A stretch of 64,000 nt of DNA from Escherichia phage T5. Location of the stretch: the sequence record AY587007.1. One strand, 5' to 3'. The position numbers were made by a program, and so were the translations under genes. Under the pieces are notes generated by a model. That model was not told the origin of the DNA. It did not search any database and saw nothing but the letters and a program-made list of their open reading frames with translations. The stretch's first letter is position 1; each line of letters starts with the position of its first letter. Shown here piece by piece: positions 28,388-39,788 of this stretch.

Positions 28388-28809
28388 TATTGAGTTACTC
28401 CATCACTAATATAAACCTTGCCTTCCATAATACGGAAAGAACTAGCAGCACTACCAACAGCTGTTCTAGTAATAATTACATCATAGTATCCAGCCAATCT
28501 CTGTCTAGGGTTATATCTATCTCTTTCTTTGGATGCTTTGGAAGCAATAGTAGTTACAGCACTAACAGGTAGGCTTATAGATGCTACACCTTGTGCAGCA
28601 TCAACAATAGCTGTAGTAAAAGATGCTACAGTTTCAGCCCCATCTTCCAAGCTGCTTTTAATACTCCCTCTAAGAGAGAAATCAGTAAGATCTACTGGTT
28701 TGGATGTAGATGGGTAAACACTATCATCTACGTCCATAAATTGCATAAGTAAACCATAAGGTACGTTCTCGTCTACCACTAAATCAATAACTCTATTTTC
28801 TGTACTCAT
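28387..28809 (-). CDS. tail fibre attachment / collar protein candidate (p132-like)
   Basis: 140 aa immediately upstream of and overlapping the tail fibre gene start; assignment by position and size only. Confidence 0.4.
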
Positions 28810-28813
28810 TATT

Positions 28814-30880
28814 TTACCTTATATGGATATACCCGTTTTGCAGGTCTATCTTCATTTTGTAGGATCCCTCTGGGTTAGAGGATAGTGCTGCTGCACGATC
28901 ATATATAATATTTACACCAATTTGTGATAAGAAAGCATTGTTAGCAACAATTTTACTAGCAGTTACCGTGCCATTAACTATCATATCTCCGTGTAAAACC
29001 ATTGCAGGGCTAGTCCACGCCGAACCATTCCACTGTCTAGTAAAAGCTGTCCCAGGAGCACCACTCTTATATTCAGTTAATACGTCATATTTAACAGGAC
29101 CACTGCCGAAATTAGATGTAAAAAATGAATTAGCTTGTGAGTCATTCCATGCTGTTAAATTAGCAATAGCAAGAGAATACATTCCAGGACCACGTTGTCC
29201 TGTAGCCCCCGGCCTGCCATCAACACCTTCTGTACCACTCCATTGAACTACGTCAGACCAACTAGTTCCCGATACTAATTGATTAGTAACTGGGTCCAGA
29301 GTACCTGTAGAACAGTAAATATTCTGAGTATTAGATGTTCTATTTGGTGGAGTTTTAGACCAACCAGAAGGTGGGTATGCAGGACTTGTTGGTTTAGCAG
29401 GTAATGAAGTACCTATAATATAGATAAATACTGTTTGCTTCCCTTGTATACCCGTCTGTATATCAATATCACCATTTGGGGTACCAATTACAACCTCACT
29501 AGAGATCCTAAGTATATTACCATCATAACGAATATACTGTGTAGCATTACCAATATCTAATTTTGGTTTAGCAGTAACATTATCCATGCCCATCCAGATA
29601 CCGGATTTTGTATCGCCCCAAGTTTTACCCTGTGTATAAATTGCTGGGTTATCTTGACCGGTTAAATTAGTCATGACAAAGTTAGCAGCATTAATAGTTT
29701 TAGTTATTACACTCCCATCAACGTTAACTATCTTTTTAACAGGGTCAAAGGATATTGGTGCTTTTCCTTCTGCGTCTAGAAGACCTATATTAATAGCACC
29801 AGTTGCAGCGTCAATTAAGAAAGTTTGTTTCCAGGTAGATCCATCTTTAATTTTACCCTTAATGTACGCATAGTTTACTTCGATACCAGTTTCATTAACA
29901 AAACTATTGTCTAATGGTGTACTCTCATTTAATATAAATGTCTGTACTGCGGAATCAGTAACATCTTGAGCATCTGGTCCCCAGGCAATAGATGACACTT
30001 TAAATTTATGCTCTACTTTCCACGGGAATGATATAATTGTTGCCGACTGAGCAGCCCCCACGTTGATTTTTTGTGCCTTAGTCCATCCAGTTCTTACAAA
30101 CTCTGCCGAATCTATATAAGATAGAACGAACTCACGAACATTAGCACCCGCACCCCTATTCCAGTCCCACTGCACACGTAAATCATAACGCTCTTTACCG
30201 TCTGCTATGCGCGCAGCTTTAAACACAATATTAATAGGAGCCGCAGGAGGTACAAAGTTATATCTAACTTCAAAGACATTAGGATATTCATAGTATCCTG
30301 ATGAATCAATAGTAACACCGTCTGGTAGGCTTATTTGACCAGAAATTCTTACCTTATAGGATCCAATTGGCACACCACCAAACATAATAGTAGGCATTAG
30401 TGCACCAACGTAATATTTAACCCATGGATTATTGGCATTAGAATTATCTTTTAATTCTATAGTGCAATAATCGGCCTCCCCTGTAGTATCTATATAAACT
30501 ATTGGTGCTCCAACACCAACATCTACTGGTTCTGACTCGCATCGAGCACCAGTGATTCTAGGTGCTGATTTCATTTTAAAAGTTTGCTTATCAGATAGAT
30601 TAATTCCTATCTGTGCATTAAGAAGTTCAGAGTCTATTATGGAATCATAAAATGCACCCTGAACTTCATAAGTTGTTGTAGGTTTTAAGTTATTAATAGT
30701 TACAGAGAAAGTATCAATACCCGTGAAATCCCTACGAGTAACGTTGCTGCCTTCTTTAAGCCAAAATGATCTACCTATAACGTCGTAATCAGAGTAGATA
30801 GAATGCTGGATATACGCCAACGTATATCCAGTTAAGACGCTATTTAGAACCATTTTAGCTGGTGCATTATTTGAAATCAT
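28814..30880 (-). CDS. baseplate / central fibre protein (pb4-like)
   Basis: 688 aa, between baseplate hub and fibre genes; beta-rich sequence; called by synteny and size. Confidence 0.55.
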
Positions 30881-33730
30881 TTAAATAGTAGCCCAACCAA
30901 CAGATTGCTCTCCGTTTTCCCCTTCAGCTCGTATTCTAAACCGTAATTTACGATTGATACCTAGAGCCCCCGAGTTTAGTAAAGCAAAATCCGCCTTATT
31001 ATATGTTAATAGATAATCATAGGTATAGACATCTTCTATTCTAACACTACGAAGCATTCTATCTTGAGAATCATAAATTTCCAAAGTATAGTAAATTTCA
31101 GGAATTATTTCTTCCTCTGGAATCTTATCCCAAGCAAGTTTAACATCCGGTCCAACAAATTCAGTTACGTCTCCTGAAGCAGTATTAACAACCCTAAAGT
31201 TACTAACTACGCTTAAGTTCTTTGCGGAGTTAAGATCTACAGATAGTGTAACTGGAGAACTACGTCTACCATTAATATCTACTGCGCGTAGCTCAAAAAT
31301 AGCTAAACCAGCAGGCTCCCCTATAATCTCCTGAATCATTCTCTCATTAGGATTATTTTCCAGTTGTTGAACTATGTAGGGATTAACATGTCCAGAATGT
31401 GCAATAGAATAGTATACTACGTTATTTGTAAGACTAGGAAGCCAGGATAGCTCACCATTCTTACCTATAGCACCAACTACGCCACCTGGAGTAGGGGTGT
31501 ACTTAAAGTCTCTAGGCGGTAGAACGTTATTACTAATATCAGGAATATCATTACCACTATTATCTACCTGTTCGGAATTAATAAATACATCTTCTCCATA
31601 CTCTTGGAGGACTAGATTAATTTTACCATCACGAGTATTTTCTACTTCGTCAACCAGGAAGAATTTGTCCTTCCAGCCGTAACGTTCATATGTGAAAGCA
31701 ATAGGATCGTTAGGCTCTATACCTATAAATTTATAGGGTACGGAAAAACTTAAAGTACGGGAGTATCTAGATTTCTTAAGTTCCCTATCTGCGTAACTCC
31801 TAGCAGTGTAGTAATTAGTAATATTAGCAAAAGATAACTGAAGTTTCTTGTCAAGACCTTTATCCTGCTCTTTAAACTTCGAGTTATAGAACGTAATAGA
31901 GTTTGTTTTCCAGCTTAGTGCAGGGTCTACTAAGGATGCCTGTACTGAGTTAAACTTATTTCTACCAGTAGTATCAGATAAGTCTAAATCTCCATAAGTA
32001 TCTAGAAAATTTATTCTCAGAGGATTCGTAGAATATTTTTCTACTGTTATTCTATACTCACCTGATAGGTTATTTATAGCTCCACCAAAGGATTCTAATA
32101 TACCTTGAACGTTTTTAAAAACTGATTCAGAAGTATCCAGTATAGTATTTAGTTGAACTATTTGACGATTCTCAGATAGGGGGTCATTCCACCCAACGTA
32201 ACGCCAGTAGGGCTGCCAACTAGTCTGGTAGGACTCGTCAATTATATCAAGTATTTTTGCCTCTGATATTACTTTTTGTAGCGGGAACTGATCTAAAGTA
32301 ATATCAGCACCATAACGATCTGAAGTCAGGTAATCCATAAGTTGCCAGATACCATTTAAGCTAGTCTTATCTGCTTTTATAGTACCATCAGAGTTGTATA
32401 CTTTAACTTTCTTACCCTGCACTTCTGCGCTAATTTCAGGAATTTCAGTTCTATTCTCATTAATAGTAAATCTAACTATAGCATAAGCTGTATCCAATAA
32501 CTTATAACGAGAATCCCAGTATTCCGGTCCGTTGCCGTTCTGATTCTGTAGATAAAATCCTTTTTTCTTAGCAATGTCTACAAGTACTTGTGCAGCAGTC
32601 TGGTCTGGTTTTCCATGAAAGGTCCAGATTCTTATATCCCCATTACCATCGTTATACTTATATTCTTGTCCATGAACAGAAGGTTGAGATGTACTTGTAC
32701 CAGCAGCTAGACGGTGCATTGTATCACCGACTATCTTTTTACGTCCAAAACAAGTTCTAGTATCGGAGTCTGTTTCATCAAAACATATCATAGGGCTATC
32801 TCCGATATAGAAATCTAGAAATCCATCTATCTCACCTTCTGCAAAAGCATATACTACGTATACTATATTAGGGTTATTTAGTTCCGTATCTGCAAAAATA
32901 GGTATACCAGGAATTTTCTGAACACCATATACTACAGGTATAAATTTAGCTGCTAAGTTAAAGTCTAGGTCAACTTCTTTAGTTACAGTCTCATAGTATT
33001 TTTTAAGGCTGTAGCTTCTAGACAGACCAAATAACTTTTTCTTAGACTGTAATTTATATCGTTCTTCTTTAACTTGGTATTTAGCTAGAATAGTTGTACT
33101 TTTATTAGAGTGGAAGAATCCATAGTCTTCTTGGTACTCAGGACGTTTAGCCCCATTTGATGGCTGAAGAGTTCCATTAACAACTTCAAGACCTCTATGA
33201 GATGCATCATCTGTATACCTGCCGTTTACTCTATCAAAATCATAAAATTGATTAGAACAGTTCCAAGTAATAACTGATGTACCTATTCCGGAAGTATTAA
33301 CGTTATCTTTTATTCCGCCTCCGGTAATTCTACCGCGGAAGAATAATAAAGGGCCATCTGTATCAGGATCTACAGGAAGAATATTTCCTTCTTCATTGAT
33401 TATTGCCTGATGGATAGTTATACCCCTATCTAGGAAAGATACTCCATTTTGAACTAGCTTTAGTACCTCATCTTCGGCAGTACCAGTTATTGTGAAGGAT
33501 AGACTACCAATAGATAATTGACGGTTCTGTTTATGGGAGCTTATACTTTTTACTTTACCTGATCTGTACAAAATACCATTATATGTAACATCTCTAAAAT
33601 AATCTGTTAAGTAGATATAAGTAGCTGCGGAACCAGATGAACTTGGCAATTCAAGAGCTATAAGACATGCTGTCTTTAATTTATCATGGGTATTCAGGTA
33701 ATTTTTAGCACTATCGAGTATTTTCTTCAT
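30881..33730 (-). CDS. baseplate hub protein (pb3-like)
   Basis: 949 aa large tail protein directly downstream of the Dit-like gene; synteny of siphophage tail modules. Confidence 0.55.
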   Translation of the reverse strand: MKKILDSAKNYLNTHDKLKTACLIALELPSSSGSAATYIYLTDYFRDVTYNGILYRSGKVKSISSHKQNRQLSIGSLSFTITGTAEDEVLKLVQNGVSFLDRGITIHQAIINEEGNILPVDPDTDGPLLFFRGRITGGGIKDNVNTSGIGTSVITWNCSNQFYDFDRVNGRYTDDASHRGLEVVNGTLQPSNGAKRPEYQEDYGFFHSNKSTTILAKYQVKEERYKLQSKKKLFGLSRSYSLKKYYETVTKEVDLDFNLAAKFIPVVYGVQKIPGIPIFADTELNNPNIVYVVYAFAEGEIDGFLDFYIGDSPMICFDETDSDTRTCFGRKKIVGDTMHRLAAGTSTSQPSVHGQEYKYNDGNGDIRIWTFHGKPDQTAAQVLVDIAKKKGFYLQNQNGNGPEYWDSRYKLLDTAYAIVRFTINENRTEIPEISAEVQGKKVKVYNSDGTIKADKTSLNGIWQLMDYLTSDRYGADITLDQFPLQKVISEAKILDIIDESYQTSWQPYWRYVGWNDPLSENRQIVQLNTILDTSESVFKNVQGILESFGGAINNLSGEYRITVEKYSTNPLRINFLDTYGDLDLSDTTGRNKFNSVQASLVDPALSWKTNSITFYNSKFKEQDKGLDKKLQLSFANITNYYTARSYADRELKKSRYSRTLSFSVPYKFIGIEPNDPIAFTYERYGWKDKFFLVDEVENTRDGKINLVLQEYGEDVFINSEQVDNSGNDIPDISNNVLPPRDFKYTPTPGGVVGAIGKNGELSWLPSLTNNVVYYSIAHSGHVNPYIVQQLENNPNERMIQEIIGEPAGLAIFELRAVDINGRRSSPVTLSVDLNSAKNLSVVSNFRVVNTASGDVTEFVGPDVKLAWDKIPEEEIIPEIYYTLEIYDSQDRMLRSVRIEDVYTYDYLLTYNKADFALLNSGALGINRKLRFRIRAEGENGEQSVGWATI

Positions 33731-34341
33731 AGACTTTCCCTCAAGGAAAGTGAAATACCAGAGTAAGTACCATTGTTATTTAGGGTAGAACCGAAGGAAT
33801 CTCCGTTCATTAGCTTAGTTCTAAATAAGATACCATTAAAAACTGGTTTTTCACTACCCGTAGTAGTAATAAATAGATCAGGATACAGGGAAATATTCCA
33901 TACGTTTCCTGAACTACTAAAATTTGTTATTTTATAAACTTTAGGATGAGTAGATAATTTAAATAAATCCCCAGCTTTTGGCTGCCCAGTTAGGGTTCCA
34001 TTAGTATTTAGTATAATTTGAGAACCTTTTTGACCGGCGGGTATGGTAACACTCTTGGTATCACCACGTACTCTAAATGCTTCATACTGAGGCAGGAGTA
34101 CATCTAAATAATCTCCAGTTCTTTTATACTCTAAAAGCCTAGAGTCTAGAAATGCATATTCATCCGGGAAAAGTTCCGGGTATGAGATATTAATTCCCCA
34201 GTATTGAGCAGATATTTTAACCTCTTTGACTTTACCATTAGGTAATTCATCACGAATCATAGGGTCGTTATCTACTAAATTGACGCTTTCAAAACCTAAC
34301 CCTGGGTACTCTGGGTTCGTGTATGGATCTGGTAGTCTCAT
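33727..34341 (-). CDS. distal tail protein (pb9-like)
   Basis: 204 aa downstream of the tape measure gene, overlapping the start of the hub gene. Confidence 0.55.
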   Translation of the reverse strand: MRLPDPYTNPEYPGLGFESVNLVDNDPMIRDELPNGKVKEVKISAQYWGINISYPELFPDEYAFLDSRLLEYKRTGDYLDVLLPQYEAFRVRGDTKSVTIPAGQKGSQIILNTNGTLTGQPKAGDLFKLSTHPKVYKITNFSSSGNVWNISLYPDLFITTTGSEKPVFNGILFRTKLMNGDSFGSTLNNNGTYSGISLSLRESL

Positions 34342-34412
34342 AGTTAATTTCTCCTCTTTAATAACAATATTATAATAGTATTGGAAAATTTTATCAAGAA
34401 ATTTTTATTTTT

Positions 34413-34443
34413 CCATAAAGAAAAGGAGGACATAAAGTCCTCC
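34413..34443 (-). terminator. rho-independent terminator downstream of the tape measure gene
   Basis: GGAGGAC / GTCCTCC hairpin, followed on the minus strand by TTTTCTTTAT. Confidence 0.6.
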
Positions 34444-34450
34444 TCCAATA

Positions 34451-37400
34451 TTAAGAATTACCAAGAGATTTCAGGGTGGTTCCATTCTCATTAAGAGCCA
34501 GTTCCACGGCATCTCTGAAAGCAGTACTGTTATTCGATGCAAAATCTCTGAAGCTTGCCGCATCCATAGTGCTGATATTCAGGATAATAGGTCTTCCAGA
34601 GGTAGTCTTTGATCCATCGGAAAGCTGATCATTAGGTGTAGCTTTCATAGGAACCATAGGAGTTACTACTTCGGTACCATGCTCACCCATTTGATAACTA
34701 ACTCCAGGGTACATCATACCGCCCTCAGCACGCGGAACAAATGAGTTGGCATTACCAATACCTTTATCACCGCGTAGGTAGGATAGTTCTCCTGAACTAG
34801 CTTGCATAGATACATCAACATTTTTCTGTCGCTCACCTAGAGTTAAGTACTGAGTAGTATCTGCCCCAGAATCCGCAATAGAAGACATGCCAGATGCAGA
34901 AGATGCTTGAGCAAGAGCTAACGCACCTGCTAAACCTGCCGCCACCATCAAAGGAATAGAGAACGGGTATGGTACAGCTGTTGCTGCTTGCATTACTGCT
35001 ACTGCTGTCTGAATGATGATCTGTTTCTTAGCTGCATCTTGCTGAATCTTCAGCTTTTCAGCTTCTAATTTTTTCAGCTTAGCTTTAGATGCCTCAGATT
35101 TGCCATCACGCTTCTGTTCTGCTGCAATAGCCTGATCAATTGCACTAACCTGCTGACTAGTACTGTATTGAATCATAGAAGCTACAGTCTGCATACCGGA
35201 AGCAATCATAGACGTAGTATCTAAAGATCCCTGAGAGAACTGAATCATAGCATTAGTTAAATTACCCATGCTTTGAGCCACAGCGGTTGCTTCGGAATTT
35301 AATTCAGACAACTTAGAGATCGCCTGGTCATAAGAAGCCATTCTATTTTGCATATCAGCAAAATCTTTATCTTCTCCGATTAACCCAGTAGTAGGAGTAT
35401 AAGTAGCCCCAACAGAAGATCCTACCTGTTGCTGCATTTGACTTTCTCGCTGCTTTTTAAGCTGCTCTAAAGCTGCTGAAGTTTTATAAATCTCATTACG
35501 ATACTTAAGCTCCTCTTCCGTATTACCCTTAGATAGTTCCAGCTGTTGCTGGAGAATGGATAATCTCTCCGTAAGAATTTGAGATTGACCAGTAACATTT
35601 CTCTGCGTTTGACTGACCTCTAGTGCATCCATGAGGGCTGATACATGTGAGGCTGTTCCCTGTTTCTCCGCTTCCCATATTTCTCTACTTATTTGTGCTT
35701 GAGCACGTCTAGACTGCTCTACTTTAGCTTGACCATCCGCTTGTTTAGAGTATAATTCCGTTTTTTCCTGCTCTAACTGCAGCTCTAGTCTTAACTGCGC
35801 CAAACGATACTGAGTACTCGTCATAGTGCGGTCATTCAGAAGAGCTATTTCTCTATCAACACCAAGAATCTTATCAGTATAGTCTTTAGTCTTCTTAGCA
35901 TTTTCGAATCCCTGGGCTTTAGTATTAAGAATTTCTGTCTCTATCTTAGCTACTTGTTTTAATGCTTCGGGATCATTAGGGTTAATAGCTAGCAACGCTT
36001 TTGCCGCCGTAAGCTGTTCCTGCTGTTGTCGTAGTAACACCTCTCTAGCTGCTGCTTCTGCCTTGGCCTTATCCTTAGTCTGGTTGTAAACCTCATCTTT
36101 ACGCTTAGCTACTTCCAGTGCATTTTGCTCACTCTTATCCATAGCAGTTACATATTCTGATAGACCTTTCTGTGCAGCCTTCATTTGGTCTAGGCTTGAG
36201 AAACCTAGATTTAGGTTCTTAACTAGAGTATCCGCACTTTGCCCGGTTACTTTAGAAGTATCTTCTACTGCTTTTACAACACTATTTAGGTCACTAGAGG
36301 CTTTTTTAGCGTTAGTAATACTACTTGCCGCCATTCTTATGTTATTTGCAGTATCACTAGAGCTTTTCTTCAGGAAATCAAAGTTCTTCTGTATCTCTGA
36401 TACAGCTTTGAGGTTATTAGGATCAACTTCGAATACTCCTTTGTCTCCTGGAACAGCAGTATCAGCATACTTCATCTTAGCGCCTAACTGCTCAGCTAGT
36501 TTGCCATTACGTAACAGAGCTTCTCCAGTATCCTGTACCGCTTGTCTTAGAACCTTCTCAGTTTTAGTGCGTTCTTCTATCTCTTTGTTTTGACGAGCCA
36601 ATTCATTAGTGAGTTGTACTACTAACTTATTACTCTCATCACCACCAATACCGCCAGCAGTAAGGGCATTGGCGATAGGAGCAGTAGCCGCCTGTTTTGC
36701 CTTAAGATCATCCAATTGCTGCTTAAGCTCTTGAGCTTTCTTAACACGTTCTTCGCTTTCTTTAAGATATGTATCTAGATCTTCTCGCGCCCCTACAGCA
36801 TTCTCTATTAAAGCTGTAACGTTTTCAGCTGGAGTAGTTTTAGCGGATGCACTACGTGCCATTGCGGAAACTCTCATCTGGGAAGATTTAGTTTGGTATA
36901 AGAAAGTATTAAGGGTATCCATAACAGGATTTAAGTATGTAGCAGCACTTTGTTGTAAACTTCTTAGAGCTGAGTTAGCATTGGCAGCAAATTGTTCCCA
37001 AGAGGTTGCCTTAAGAGCATCATCTAGGTATCCAAATCTACGAGTAGACTCTGCAATAACTTCATTTGCATACGCTTGTTGTTTCTGGTATGTAGTTAAA
37101 CTATCTACAGTATATTTAATACCTGTACTGGTAGCATTTAATTGTTTAACGTAATTTTCATACGCATCGTTAAGACGAATAGTAACACCAAGTTCATCCA
37201 GAAGTTCGATTTCTTGTTTTGATACACCCTTAATTACACGGTTAAGTGCATCAGTCATATCAACACCAAGAACAGCAGCCGCACGACGTGCTACTAAACC
37301 GAACTGCTCTAGTTGTTCGCTGTCAAATCCATAAGCGGAAGCAGAGGATGCTTGACGCATAGCCTCTTCAAAGGATATAGCACCATTAGTAGCGTTTTGT

Positions 37401-38110
37401 AGTGATAAAGCTAGTGTCTGTACCGGTGTACCTGTCATGGTGCCGACAATAGTACCGAACTGTTCCAGCCTATTTAGCTGGTCACCTACTTTTAGGCTCT
37501 CAAAAGCAGTCTGTAGGACGAATACGTTAGAAGCAAGAGCTGCGTACATAATAGGTAACCTACCGCCGATCTTAGCCATTGCTGCAAAGTCACGAGTAGC
37601 TCCGCGTGCGGAACCGGAAGTATTACCTAAAGCTCTAGAAGCCCTACCAGCAGCACCAGCAGTGTCATTAAAACCCTTAGATGTACCACCTAAAGCTCTA
37701 TTGGTGTCATACAATCTATCTTGAACTTTCTCTGTTGCAGCTGCAACATCATTACCCATTGCTTTAACAGATCTAGAAACCCCATCGAATCCAATTTCTA
37801 GTTTATCTGTTACTTCAATAAGTTGGATAGCCAGGTAATCTAGCTTATCACCAATACCATCAATGGATTTAGTGATACCAGCCATACCCCTACTAGCCTG
37901 CATTTTAGTAAGACTTTTTGCTGCTCTATCTGCTGCCCTCTCAATGGAGTATAGAGTTCTGGGCATTTTACCTAACTGTTCATTTGTCAGTTCGGAAGCA
38001 GCAGCAGCATTTTCTAATGCATCAGATACGTTTTCAATAGACTTTGCAGTACGGGTTGCCCCCTTCTGTTTAACGTCTATTAGTAATTCTCGTATTAGCT
38101 TATCAGTCAT
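34451..38110 (-). CDS. tail tape measure protein (pb2-like)
   Basis: 1219 aa; long Ala/Gln/Glu-rich coiled-coil region; position upstream of Dit and hub genes. Confidence 0.85.
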   Translation of the reverse strand: MTDKLIRELLIDVKQKGATRTAKSIENVSDALENAAAASELTNEQLGKMPRTLYSIERAADRAAKSLTKMQASRGMAGITKSIDGIGDKLDYLAIQLIEVTDKLEIGFDGVSRSVKAMGNDVAAATEKVQDRLYDTNRALGGTSKGFNDTAGAAGRASRALGNTSGSARGATRDFAAMAKIGGRLPIMYAALASNVFVLQTAFESLKVGDQLNRLEQFGTIVGTMTGTPVQTLALSLQNATNGAISFEEAMRQASSASAYGFDSEQLEQFGLVARRAAAVLGVDMTDALNRVIKGVSKQEIELLDELGVTIRLNDAYENYVKQLNATSTGIKYTVDSLTTYQKQQAYANEVIAESTRRFGYLDDALKATSWEQFAANANSALRSLQQSAATYLNPVMDTLNTFLYQTKSSQMRVSAMARSASAKTTPAENVTALIENAVGAREDLDTYLKESEERVKKAQELKQQLDDLKAKQAATAPIANALTAGGIGGDESNKLVVQLTNELARQNKEIEERTKTEKVLRQAVQDTGEALLRNGKLAEQLGAKMKYADTAVPGDKGVFEVDPNNLKAVSEIQKNFDFLKKSSSDTANNIRMAASSITNAKKASSDLNSVVKAVEDTSKVTGQSADTLVKNLNLGFSSLDQMKAAQKGLSEYVTAMDKSEQNALEVAKRKDEVYNQTKDKAKAEAAAREVLLRQQQEQLTAAKALLAINPNDPEALKQVAKIETEILNTKAQGFENAKKTKDYTDKILGVDREIALLNDRTMTSTQYRLAQLRLELQLEQEKTELYSKQADGQAKVEQSRRAQAQISREIWEAEKQGTASHVSALMDALEVSQTQRNVTGQSQILTERLSILQQQLELSKGNTEEELKYRNEIYKTSAALEQLKKQRESQMQQQVGSSVGATYTPTTGLIGEDKDFADMQNRMASYDQAISKLSELNSEATAVAQSMGNLTNAMIQFSQGSLDTTSMIASGMQTVASMIQYSTSQQVSAIDQAIAAEQKRDGKSEASKAKLKKLEAEKLKIQQDAAKKQIIIQTAVAVMQAATAVPYPFSIPLMVAAGLAGALALAQASSASGMSSIADSGADTTQYLTLGERQKNVDVSMQASSGELSYLRGDKGIGNANSFVPRAEGGMMYPGVSYQMGEHGTEVVTPMVPMKATPNDQLSDGSKTTSGRPIILNISTMDAASFRDFASNNSTAFRDAVELALNENGTTLKSLGNS

Positions 38111-38919
38111 CTAATGTTTTCCTGTATAAAACTATTAGTTAAAGATAGTATAGTTTCTAGCTCAGAGTAGTGACAAGTTTCGGTGTACCCATCTGGAAGG
38201 ATACGTTTATCTAATACTCCTGTGTTTACTGAGTCCTTTACTACTTTTTCTAGCCCCCTAGCCATAGAACCATAAGAAAAAGTATGAGAAAAAATTACCG
38301 AGTGCTCGCATAGTGATTTATTGCTCTGCTGCCTCATTCTCTCTAGTACATCCTTACCAGTGATCCCAAATTTTAGAAAGTGAGTCCCTTGATACGTTAA
38401 TTTCTGTATATAAAAAGTAGCTGGTATATTAGGATTAAATCCTCCTGAAGCACAATCAGGACACCCTGTATCGTGATTAATAAAATGGTGTATAGACACA
38501 TCCCAGATACAACCATCTTTTAAACACTTAAGTATAATCTTAGAATCTTTATTAATATAGGTGGAAGACCAAGATAGAAAGTTATATCCTTTCTCGGCAC
38601 ACTTACTTTTTATTTGTTCTTCTCTTTCTTCCTTCGTCCATCTAGCTTTGCCTGCGCATGCAGGGCATTTTTGGGCAGTAATCCGTAAAAAGTTATCCAA
38701 CCTAGGAGACCAGGTGTAATAACATTTATTACACTTAAGTGTAAGGGTGCTTTTAATATTAGTGTACTCACCTATCCAGCCAACAAAGGATAAATTTTTA
38801 TCATTGCAAATGTTGCTTATCTGAGACTCTCTATCCTGTTTAGTAATCTTCTTTCCCATACTATACCAACCTATATGTTTATAAATAAAAAAGGCTCTGG
38901 GCATATCACCCAGAGCCAA
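38107..38919 (-). CDS. Zn-ribbon plus GIY-YIG-like (T5orf172-type) putative homing endonuclease
   Basis: 270 aa; two repeats of a Cys/His pattern (KCNKCYYTW...CPACAG; KCLKDGCIW...CPDCASG) and C-terminal ATFYIQKL...FLKFGIT; probable start at internal MGKKITKQ; paralog of 48103-48936. Confidence 0.5.
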   Translation of the reverse strand: MALGDMPRAFFIYKHIGWYSMGKKITKQDRESQISNICNDKNLSFVGWIGEYTNIKSTLTLKCNKCYYTWSPRLDNFLRITAQKCPACAGKARWTKEEREEQIKSKCAEKGYNFLSWSSTYINKDSKIILKCLKDGCIWDVSIHHFINHDTGCPDCASGGFNPNIPATFYIQKLTYQGTHFLKFGITGKDVLERMRQQSNKSLCEHSVIFSHTFSYGSMARGLEKVVKDSVNTGVLDKRILPDGYTETCHYSELETILSLTNSFIQENIR

Positions 38920-38953
38920 GCCTCATCGTGGAACGCCCCATTGGAGGAAACTT

Positions 38954-39322
38954 TTACCGTGCTCGAGATTTGGCATGTGGCTTAACGTTAGGTATTCTAC
39001 CGTTTTGCGGCTTATGCTTCTCAGCACGTTTACGTGCAGCGTCTACAGCTTTAGCATCAAATATATTGATAATGTGTAGAACAAATTCTTTCTCTATAGG
39101 ATCTGTAATCCCATAAATATCAAATAAAACACCTAAAGCAGCCTTGTCTTTACCTATAAAGATAGGGAAGTCACCAGGTATGAAACAGTCAACTAGACTA
39201 TTATAAATATTCATACTAATAGCTACAATAGGTGGAAAGTCTTCAAGTTCAACAGGCATGGCCTTAGGATCAGGCTCTATACCCATTGATTCACAAAGTA
39301 TTAAATATTGTTGTTTAGTCAT
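38954..39322 (-). CDS. hypothetical protein (tail assembly chaperone candidate by position)
   Basis: 122 aa upstream of the tape measure gene; no motif recognised. Confidence 0.4.
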   Translation of the reverse strand: MTKQQYLILCESMGIEPDPKAMPVELEDFPPIVAISMNIYNSLVDCFIPGDFPIFIGKDKAALGVLFDIYGITDPIEKEFVLHIINIFDAKAVDAARKRAEKHKPQNGRIPNVKPHAKSRAR

Positions 39323-39383
39323 TTTAGATGCTGAGCTTTTAATACACTTATCTGCAAAATCAGCAACAGCATCTAGTAATTCT

Positions 39384-39788
39384 TTACGCTTTTGAGCTAC
39401 GAAAAGTATCTAGGTGGAACACTGTCTGGTTGATCCAAGAATCAAACGCAGCAGAGTTCTGCATAAGCATTACAGCATTATCACGACTAAATGGAACTTC
39501 AGTAGCAGGATCAGCATCTGTTTCAATCAGCATCAGTTTTTCAACGTCACCTACAGTCAAACCAGTCCAACCTTTAATCGCAGCATCAACGAAAGCTTCA
39601 ATAAACTTATCATCATCCTGTACCTGAATCAAAGTACCATTAACCCACTCGTCACGCTTAGCAGAGGTGATAACTCGTTTAGAAGTAGCACGAGACATAT
39701 AATTAAGCTCTAGCTTAAAGTTTGGCATACCTGGGTATGAAAGAGTGACAGTACGAGTTTCTAAAGTAATATCTTTTAAGTTAATCAT
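39384..39788 (-). CDS. hypothetical protein (tail assembly chaperone candidate by position)
   Basis: 134 aa between tail tube region and tape measure gene. Confidence 0.4.
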   Translation of the reverse strand: MINLKDITLETRTVTLSYPGMPNFKLELNYMSRATSKRVITSAKRDEWVNGTLIQVQDDDKFIEAFVDAAIKGWTGLTVGDVEKLMLIETDADPATEVPFSRDNAVMLMQNSAAFDSWINQTVFHLDTFRSSKA